From Chthoniobacterales bacterium (lineage in GTDB: Bacteria; Verrucomicrobiota; Verrucomicrobiia; Chthoniobacterales; Chthoniobacteraceae), in NCBI GenBank assembly GCA_038238905.1, contig JBBSFI010000001.1, forward strand, positions 15,756 through 79,755: 64,000 nt of DNA, given 5' to 3'. Within the stretch, counting starts at the first letter, position 1, and each line of letters begins with the position of its first letter. The notes beneath the pieces are model-generated. The model saw only the letters and a list, made by a program, of their open reading frames with translations, made no database searches and was not told the DNA's origin. Positions 37,458 to 43,742 of the stretch are shown in pieces. The position numbers and the translations under genes are program-made.

Positions 37458-37606
37458 CAGTGATTGATAAAATTAACCGGACTCAATCTGGCGCCTCTTC
37501 CGTTCCGAAATCGCGTAGCGATGCCCGCCGGTAGCCGGCGGTTTCATTCCCCGGAAACCCGCCCCATGTCGCCTAACCCCTCCGCGCCCCCGCGTGAAAC
37601 CTCTCC
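37458..37606 (+). repeat. R1 copy d followed by R2
   Basis: The CAGTGATTGATAAAATTAAC... 5' end parallels 32919 (CAGTGATTGATAACATCAAT). Hairpins are CCGCCGG-TAG-CCGGCGG (37525-37541) and GGTTTC-N8-GAAACC (37540-37559). The block ends with CCTCCGCGCCCCCGCGTGAAACC. Confidence 0.85.
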
Positions 37607-37623
37607 CGTGAGGAGTCCCTGAA

Positions 37624-38229
37624 ATGCGCGTTCTCATCGCATGGAAATGCGAAAAAGTGAGGTTTTCATCGCCAAATCGCTCCAAGCCCGATAGCTCTCC
37701 CAACGCCGTGAATATTCAGGAGGTCATTCGCATCATCAATCAGATGCGGTCCGACGGCGTCATAGAGCGCTATGCCATCGGCGGAGCGGTCGGCGCAACG
37801 TTCTATCTCGAGCCCGTTGCGACGCTGGATGTGGATATCTTCGTCACCTTCGAGCCAGAGCCCGGACGACTCATCATCAGTCCGCGTCGGATTTTCGATT
37901 ACCTGATCGAGCGCGGGTTTACACTGGAAGGCGAATACGTTGTCGTCGGTGGCTGGCCGGTCCAGTTTCTTCCGCCGACCGGCCCACTCGTCGAGGAAGC
38001 TTTGGCCCAGGCGATCACCCGCGACGTGGAAGGGATCGACGCCCTTGTCTTCAGCGCCGAACATCTCGCCGCCATCGCCCTCCAGACCGGACGCGCCAAG
38101 GACAAGGCGCGTCTCCTGCAATTTATCGAGGAGGGCGCCCTCGATGGCCGCCGATTCGAGGAGATCATTACACGACACAAACTCGTTGATCGCTGGCGGC
38201 AGTTTCAGCGACAGTTTCTGGAATCATGA
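37624..38229 (+). CDS. nucleotidyltransferase-fold protein (DUF2204-like; hypothetical)
   Basis: The core YAIGGAVGATFYLEPVATLDVDIFV fits the G(G/S)-x9-13-DxD pol-beta NTase signature. The true start may be the GTG at 37708, since the first 28 codons abut the repeat. Confidence 0.6.
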   Translation: MRVLIAWKCEKVRFSSPNRSKPDSSPNAVNIQEVIRIINQMRSDGVIERYAIGGAVGATFYLEPVATLDVDIFVTFEPEPGRLIISPRRIFDYLIERGFTLEGEYVVVGGWPVQFLPPTGPLVEEALAQAITRDVEGIDALVFSAEHLAAIALQTGRAKDKARLLQFIEEGALDGRRFEEIITRHKLVDRWRQFQRQFLES

Positions 38230-38408
38230 GCCTCGACCTCGACCGCATTCTCCAAAGCAAACGCACCCATCGCGCAAAGCTGGCCGCGCTGCCGATTGCC
38301 GAAAAGCTGCGCCTGCTCGATGCCATGCGCGAACGGTCTCTCACGATTCGAAATGCATCGCCCTCAGCGATCCGGGAAGAACCGCCCAACTACGGGAGGA
38401 AGTCTTGA
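38226..38408 (+). CDS. small helical protein, partner of the NTase-fold gene
   Basis: 60 aa, ATGA overlap with the upstream gene. Sequence MSLDLDRILQSKRTHRAKLAALPIAEKLRLLDAMRERSLTIRNAS. No family recognised. Confidence 0.5.
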   Translation: MSLDLDRILQSKRTHRAKLAALPIAEKLRLLDAMRERSLTIRNASPSAIREEPPNYGRKS

Positions 38409-38542
38409 CCCCCAGCGGCAGCGCGGATTGCGGCCAACCTCGACGCCGCCAACGTCCTCGGCCCCATCTACCGCGCCTTCGGCGAACGCCTCTGGCCCCT
38501 CATGGAAGAACTCACCCTCACCCTCGCCGCGTGAAAAATTCG

Positions 38543-39100
38543 ATGCGGGAATCTGCAATCACGGAGATGAATGATTGTCTGAGGAAGGCTCTCGAGCGCT
38601 TCAACAAACTCGAAAGCGCCACACTGCTCTGCCCCACCAAAGATGAGGGCGGACGAGACTATGGCTGGGACGCCGCAAAGTCTGCGCTTCGTCCCGGCGA
38701 TCTCGCAGTCGTGCGCTCCGGCTCTGTCGGTGTTGCCTGTATGATCCTGGATACGTTGCACCATGCAAACTGCTCGGACTTGGTTTTAGTCCAGTTGCCC
38801 ATAGGGTTCATTCCGCGATACGGCGCTTATTATATGAACTCGCTGGCAAAGCGCCACGTCGCCGCTGGCAAGGTTGTAGTCGCACTGATCCACTTTAACA
38901 CCAAGTCTGTCGCCGCCCTCGCAGTTCCACTCCCGCCGCTAGCTGAACAAACTCCGCATCGTCGTCGAAGTGGAGCGCCGCCTTTCCCTGGTCGAGGAAC
39001 TGGAAGCAACCGTGACGGCGAACCTCCAGCGGGCTACCCGCATCCGCCAATCCGTCCTCCACCGCGCCTTCAGCGGCAATCTGCTTTCAAATGATCGGCC
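38543..39100 (+). pseudogene. hsdS: type I restriction-modification specificity subunit (HsdS) remnant, frameshifted half-subunit
   Basis: One TRD-like segment ends in VPLPPLAEQ (frame of tracked ORF 37940..39094). The conserved helical region LRIVVEVERRLSLVEELEATVTANLQRATRIRQSVLHRAFSGNLL continues in the frame of ORF 38970..39380. The junction sits in the CAAA run near 38950. No hsdM or hsdR is present. Confidence 0.7.
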
Positions 39101-39125
39101 CGCTGGTGTAAGACCATCGCCTGAG

Positions 39126-39380
39126 ATGCCGCGACCGAATTTCAAATATGCGAAGCCGCCGATTCAGGAGGCGATCTGCGAAATCCACTTCGTTGTGGCT
39201 CAGCCTTTGTCGTCGGAACAGATCGGGCAACTCAAGGAGATTTGGGCTGCCGAATATTCCGACCAAAAGCTGAACAAAGAAAAAGGCGTGAAGGTGGAAG
39301 TCAGTCCTGACGGAGTTCGCGTGGTCGAAGACAAAATGCGGGAGCGCGAAGGAGGCGCTGTGAGCGTTGGATCGCATTAA
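39126..39380 (+). pseudogene. N-terminal fragment of a TIGR04255-like protein
   Basis: MPRPNFKYAKPPIQEAICEIHFVV... matches my recollection of the family's N-terminus (..y.kaPi.Eai.eirF..). Only ~84 codons remain before a stop, and the fragment is fused in-frame behind the hsdS remnant. Confidence 0.4.
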
Positions 39381-39455
39381 AGGACCGGCCGTTTGAATTG
39401 TTTGAACGTGCCTTCAGGCTTGCACGCGCGAAGCGGTCCGGGCGATACGTCATGC

Positions 39456-40583
39456 ATGCCTCCCTCCTCAAATCTGACCGTCGCGGAATACTTCGCCGGC
39501 ATCGGCCTGATGCGCATCGGCTTAGGGCAATCCGGATGGAAGACACTATTCGCCAACGACCTCGACGAAAAGAAGATCGAAATGTACCGCCACCACTTCG
39601 GCCCCTCCCCGGAACTGGTTCAAGGAGACATCCACAAAATCGATGCGGCAACCGTGCCGACAACTACCCTCGCCACGGCCTCATTCCCTTGTAACGACCT
39701 CTCTTTGGCGGGAGATCGAAAAGGATTGGGCGGTGCCCACTCTTCAGCCTTTTGGGGATTCATTCGCATCGTGAATGACATGGGGGAAAGGCGGCCTCCG
39801 ATGGTTCTACTCGAGAATGTCCCGGGATTTCTCACCTCAAACGACGGAGCGGACTTTGAGGAGGCGCTTCTCGCGCTGACTGGCCTCGGGTATACCGTGG
39901 ATGCCTTGATGATTGACGCTGCGCGTTTCGTTCCCCAAAGCCGGTTGAGGATGTTCGTGATCGGCCAGCGCGAATCCGCTTCGAAGGTTGCCGAGACACC
40001 CACCCTTTTCCGAACGGAAGTCCGCCCGTCGGCGCTTGCAGATTTCATCTTCTGGCACCCGGAGATCCAATGGAATCTGCGCGATTTGCCCGCCCTGCCG
40101 AACAGAACGAAATCCCTCGCTGATATCGTCGAAGACCTTTCCCCGAACTCGTCCGCGTGGTGGAGCGAGCATCGATGCCAGTATCTTCTGAATCAAATGA
40201 GTCCAAAGCATCGCGCGCAAGCGGACGCCATGATCAGCGCTCCGCATCGGTCATTTGGAACCGTATTTCGACGCGTCCGCGAAACCGGCTCTATGGCAGA
40301 GCTTCGAACGGACGGTATTGCGGGCTGCCTGCGGACACCTCGTGGGGGAAGTGGGCGGCAAATTCTTGTCGTAGCGGGAAAAGACAAGTTTGCCGTCCGC
40401 CTGCTTACGGGACGGGAGTGTGCCCGGCTCATGGGAGCCGATGATTTCAGCCTCAATGTTCCGCTAAACCAAGCGCTCTTTGGATTCGGGGATGCGGTTT
40501 GCGTGCCGGTGATAAACTGGATTGCCGAAAATTACCTCAACCCCCTCGCATCCACTTTCAATGCCCAAGAAATCCAAGGCTAG
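39456..40583 (+). CDS. dcm: DNA (cytosine-5)-methyltransferase
   Basis: ATG 39456. Motif I is VAEYFAGIGL, motif IV is SFPCNDLSLAG (catalytic PC), and motif VI is LLENVPGF. The C-terminal block is TGRECARLMGADDF...GFGDAVCVPV. Confidence 0.9.
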   Translation: MPPSSNLTVAEYFAGIGLMRIGLGQSGWKTLFANDLDEKKIEMYRHHFGPSPELVQGDIHKIDAATVPTTTLATASFPCNDLSLAGDRKGLGGAHSSAFWGFIRIVNDMGERRPPMVLLENVPGFLTSNDGADFEEALLALTGLGYTVDALMIDAARFVPQSRLRMFVIGQRESASKVAETPTLFRTEVRPSALADFIFWHPEIQWNLRDLPALPNRTKSLADIVEDLSPNSSAWWSEHRCQYLLNQMSPKHRAQADAMISAPHRSFGTVFRRVRETGSMAELRTDGIAGCLRTPRGGSGRQILVVAGKDKFAVRLLTGRECARLMGADDFSLNVPLNQALFGFGDAVCVPVINWIAENYLNPLASTFNAQEIQG

Positions 40584-40696
40584 CGCCGTTCCGTCCGGTG
40601 CGGCGCCGCCCGCAAACGCCGCTGAAGTCCCGAAGGTTCGTCCAGGCTAACTAGCCTGAGGACGTCGCTGCGATTCGCCGCGAAATCCAAGCGTTC

Positions 40697-41245
40697 TTGC
40701 GACCGCCCGACGCTAATGGGCGCACGATCGGCAGCGCTCCGTGTGGGGTGTATGACTTTTACGATTACGACGGTGAACCGATCTACATCGGGCAAACTTA
40801 CGAGGGACTTGGCGCCCGGATTGGACGTCACCTCACTAACCAACGCACTGACGCGGTGGCTATGAATGTGCTTGATCCATTCGAGGTCACGGAGATTTGC
40901 GTTTGGCCGATGGACCTGACGGTATTCGCCGGGGAGAACACGAAAAAGGCGATGAAGGCTGAACTTGATCGCGCCGAGTACACGCTCTGCCTGAAGGTAA
41001 TCGCTGCGTCGTCCTTCAAAGCCGTCTTGAACGAGAAGCCGCCGCGTGAAACGGAGCGCATGACGTTACCTCAGGAATATCGAAAGAGGATAATTCCCGA
41101 CTCGATCTATCCCGTTCGGAAACACCCGGATGTTCGGACCGCTCGACGGGCCAGCACCATTGCCGCTCTCGCGCGTGTAATCAGCGAACGCAAGGTCACC
41201 CGATGGCTGCGCACAACGCTCCTGACTCAGGCTCGCCGACTTTGA
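40697..41245 (+). CDS. GIY-YIG-domain nuclease (candidate restriction or nicking partner of the methyltransferase)
   Basis: GVYDFYDYDGEPIYIGQTYEGLGARIGRH fits the GIY-x10-YIG-x..R..H core. The only in-frame start after the upstream TAG (40652) is the TTG at 40697, yet the 14 codons before it (PEDVAAIRREIQAF) also look coding. The N-terminus is therefore uncertain or truncated. Confidence 0.65.
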   Translation: MRPPDANGRTIGSAPCGVYDFYDYDGEPIYIGQTYEGLGARIGRHLTNQRTDAVAMNVLDPFEVTEICVWPMDLTVFAGENTKKAMKAELDRAEYTLCLKVIAASSFKAVLNEKPPRETERMTLPQEYRKRIIPDSIYPVRKHPDVRTARRASTIAALARVISERKVTRWLRTTLLTQARRL

Positions 41246-41393
41246 ACGGCTTGCCACGGAACGCCTGCAAGAGTTTCCGAACACCGCCGCCGACAGCGAC
41301 GAAGAACTCGAGAGCAAGGACTAGTTCCCGGCGATACCGCGCCCGAAGTTGCCGCTGCAATGGCAGATGCGCGCATTACGGGACAATGCGCTC

Positions 41394-41793
41394 CTAAAAC
41401 GGATTCACCACCTTCACGCCCGTCTTTTCAAAATCCGAAGTGTTTCGTGACGACCGTCAGCGAGTGTCGGTGTGCGGGGGCGGCGATCTGGCTGTCGAGC
41501 GATGGGACGCTGATGCCTGCCTTGTCCCACTTCGCCTTGCGCTGGCCCCAGGCGTGGGCGGTGCTGGTGTTGAGGCTGAGCACGCGGCCTTTCATGCAAT
41601 CGCAGATGGACTGGAGCCATGCCCGCAAGTGCGTCTTGCGCTTTCCATCCGGCAGCCGCGGCGGATTTCGCCGAATGGTAATGGTGCTGACGTGGAGTTC
41701 GCCCTCGTGCTTGAGCAGCCATGAGACGACCTTCGGGACCGGCTTTGGTTTAACCGGTTCGCTATAGACATTCGTACCAACGAGGTAGCTCAC
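41394..41793 (-). pseudogene. vapC: PIN-domain VapC/FitB-like toxin, degenerate
   Basis: MSYLVGTNVYSEP has Gly where PIN domains carry the first catalytic Asp (LDTNV). The expected GEIRRG segment is readable only in another frame (tracked ORF 41592..41780: PFGEIRRG). The normal C-terminus RNTSDFEKTGVKVVNPF lies in a shifted frame ending at 41394, after the tracked ORF stops at 41428. Confidence 0.7.
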
Positions 41794-42026
41794 AGCGATG
41801 GCGGCTCGCTGTCATCGGCGTCCCGCGCGGGAATCTCGAACAGCGAAGGACATGCGAGCAGCAGATCCACCAGGCCTCGGTTCGCGGGCTGGGTGATGCG
41901 GCGCAAGGTGATGGTGTCCTCATCCTCGATGGAAACTTCAAAATCATCGCCTGCGTTCAGGTGCATCTTCTCCCGGACGGGACCGGGAATGAAGACCTGC
42001 CCTTTCTGTGAGAGCACGGTGGTCAT
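41790..42026 (-). CDS. vapB: AbrB/MazE/SpoVT-fold antitoxin (VapB-like)
   Basis: 78 aa. MTTVLSQKGQVFIPGPVREKMHLNAGDDFEVSIEDEDTITLRRI is a typical swapped-hairpin AbrB-type N-domain. There is a 4-nt overlap with the vapC start. Confidence 0.8.
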   Translation of the reverse strand: MTTVLSQKGQVFIPGPVREKMHLNAGDDFEVSIEDEDTITLRRITQPANRGLVDLLLACPSLFEIPARDADDSEPPSL

Positions 42027-42043
42027 AGTGGGAAAATCTTACT

Positions 42044-42086
42044 CCTCGCCTCCCCCTCCGCGACCTCCGCGCCCCCGCGTGAAACC
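42044..42086 (+). repeat. R2 motif
   Basis: CCTCGCCTCCCCCTCCGCGACCTCCGCGCCCCCGCGTGAAACC. Positions 42055-42082 are identical to 8128-8155. Confidence 0.8.
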
Positions 42087-42117
42087 AAACCCGCTCCCAA
42101 CACCCGAAGACCTGCCC

Positions 42118-43131
42118 GTGGCAAGCCGTAGTCCCCGAAGGCTGCCGCCTCTCAGCGACGTCGTCGCCTCCGCCCTCGGAGACACCGGCTGGGACGTCCC
42201 ATTCTCCAATGAGCGCCTTGAGCTTCTCCTGCGTCACATCGAAGCCGGCTACCCGCTCCGCGTCGCCTGCGGCCTGTGCGGCCTCGACGAGTCCGCTTAC
42301 GACCGCTGGTGCCACGGCTGCCCCGATATAAGCCGCGCGATCGACGTCGCGGTTGAAATCGCCCGCGCTCCGGCCATCGAAGCCATCCTCGCCAAGGCGC
42401 GCTCCGGCGACGCGCGCGCATGGGCCACCTGGCTCCGGTACTCTCACAAGGGAGTCTTCGGCTCCTCCGAAATGCCCCCTGTCGGCGCCAAACGCTCCAA
42501 GCATCTCCTCGATGGCGGCAACATGGTCTTCCCCGGTGAACTCCCCAGGCTGCGCAAAGCCTATGAAGACTTTACAGAGGATGGCGTTTCGCGAGCCTTC
42601 GTCTCTCCCGGTCTGGCCGCCCGATACGCGTCGCCCAAGCCGCAAACCGGCCCCACGCCATCTCCTTCGCCGGGAGTTGCTTGCACTCAGGCGCAAGTTG
42701 TAACCAGCCTCAAGCTGGAGCCAGGAGTTTACCAGCCTCAGGCTGGCGCATTGCCTGATCCCAACCCGTTTCTCCAGCAAGCGCGACCCACGCCATCCTC
42801 CTCCAGCATCGCGCCGCCTTCGGTGCCATCGCCAATCCGAGAGGTCGCACCACCGGCCGTCCGCCCAAATCCGCCAGCTTCTTCATTTGCCAAGCCCACT
42901 GCGCGACCGGTTTTTGATTTCGCCAGTTCGGCCGCCGCTCTGGCTATCGGTGCTCTCTTGCTTTTTGCCACACTCATCGGCGCTGCCAAAGCGTCGTTCC
43001 TGAATGACGGCTCTTCCCCAATCTGCACCATTTCCACGGTGCTGGCCGGTCGTTTCGACGACGATGCTGCGCCGTTCTCCCTTCGTCCGCACCTTCCTGA
43101 CCCCGTCTATCCCGTCCCAATTCTTAAGTAA
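42118..43131 (+). CDS. hypothetical protein with phage terminase-small/HTH-like N-domain, Pro-rich linker and C-terminal TM segment
   Basis: WDVPFSNERLELLLRHIEAGYPLRVACGLCGLDESAYDRWCHGCPDISRAIDVAVEIARAPAIEAILAKARSGDARAWATWLRY resembles phage small-terminase/HTH modules. The only plausible start is the GTG at 42118. The ORF contains a 26-nt copy of an R1 segment (42724-42749), so the 3' half may not be genuine coding sequence. Confidence 0.35.
   Translation: MASRSPRRLPPLSDVVASALGDTGWDVPFSNERLELLLRHIEAGYPLRVACGLCGLDESAYDRWCHGCPDISRAIDVAVEIARAPAIEAILAKARSGDARAWATWLRYSHKGVFGSSEMPPVGAKRSKHLLDGGNMVFPGELPRLRKAYEDFTEDGVSRAFVSPGLAARYASPKPQTGPTPSPSPGVACTQAQVVTSLKLEPGVYQPQAGALPDPNPFLQQARPTPSSSSIAPPSVPSPIREVAPPAVRPNPPASSFAKPTARPVFDFASSAAALAIGALLLFATLIGAAKASFLNDGSSPICTISTVLAGRFDDDAAPFSLRPHLPDPVYPVPILK
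42724..42749 (+). repeat. R1 segment copy inside an ORF
   Basis: GGAGTTTACCAGCCTCAGGCTGGCGC is identical to 33051-33076. Confidence 0.85.
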
Positions 43132-43137
43132 ATCCGT

Positions 43138-43230
43138 GGCCGCCTCAGGCTGCCCGGAGGCCTCCGCTCGTTCGGAAATGAAACTCCGCGACGGCGACGA
43201 GGCAGGCAATTCAGACCCGTGAAATTGCCA
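43138..43230 (+). repeat. diverged R1-like copy f at the right edge of the accessory block
   Basis: GCCTCAGGCTG...CCTCCGCTCGTTCGGAAATG parallels the R1 5' arm GCCTCAGGCTGGCGCC..CCGTTCCGAAATCG. The rest is diverged. Confidence 0.45.
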
Positions 43231-43322
43231 CAAGCGGACCTTCGACTCCTCCCTGTTTGATCTTTGAAATCTGAAATCTCCCATTGCAGATTCTGCCTTC
43301 CCAAGCAGAGCGAGCAAGCTGA

Positions 43323-43742
43323 TCATTCGCCGATGATCGTCACGATAATGTTCCGCCGGTGCGGCGCTTTGCGGTGTTCGAAGAGGAAGATGCCTTGCCA
43401 CGTGCCCAGCGCGAGGCGGCCATGTACGATGGGGATGACTTCGCTCGTGCGGGTCAGCGCCATTCGAAGGTGGGAGACGGTGTCGTCGGGGCCTTCGTCG
43501 TTGTGGATATAGTATGGCTCGCCTTCGGGGGCGATGCGGTCGAAGTAGGCGTGGAGGTCGGCGCGGGCGCTCGGGTCGGCGTTCTCGTAAATGACTAGGC
43601 TGGCGCTGGTGTGTTGGATGAAGACGGTCGCTGTGCCTGTGGCGACTCCGCTTTCACGCACGGCGTCGGCAACGGCATTGGTGATCTCGTATGTGCCCCG
43701 ACCCCGTGTCGGAATGGCGAATGCGGCGCTGTGAGCTTTCAT
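43323..43742 (-). CDS. yjbQ: YjbQ/UPF0047 family protein (secondary thiamine-phosphate synthase-like)
   Basis: 139 aa with FIQHTSASLVIYENADPSARADL...NDEGPDDTVSHLRMAL...GTWQGIFLFEHR, which are the family hallmarks. Confidence 0.85.
   Translation of the reverse strand: MKAHSAAFAIPTRGRGTYEITNAVADAVRESGVATGTATVFIQHTSASLVIYENADPSARADLHAYFDRIAPEGEPYYIHNDEGPDDTVSHLRMALTRTSEVIPIVHGRLALGTWQGIFLFEHRKAPHRRNIIVTIIGE

Noticed and set aside
33287-42086. Reading the TGAAAC inside the R2 motif (CGCGTGAAACC) as an ECF-sigma -35 element.
   Set aside because: No consistent CGT(A/C)-type -10 element lies 16-17 nt downstream in the copies at 33292, 37596 or 42081.
43255-43300. Short tandem TGAAATC TGAAATC and an AATCTG...CAGATT inverted repeat near the right edge of the accessory block.
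   Set aside because: There are only two units and a 6-bp stem. It is noted as possibly related to the repeat families but too weak to call.
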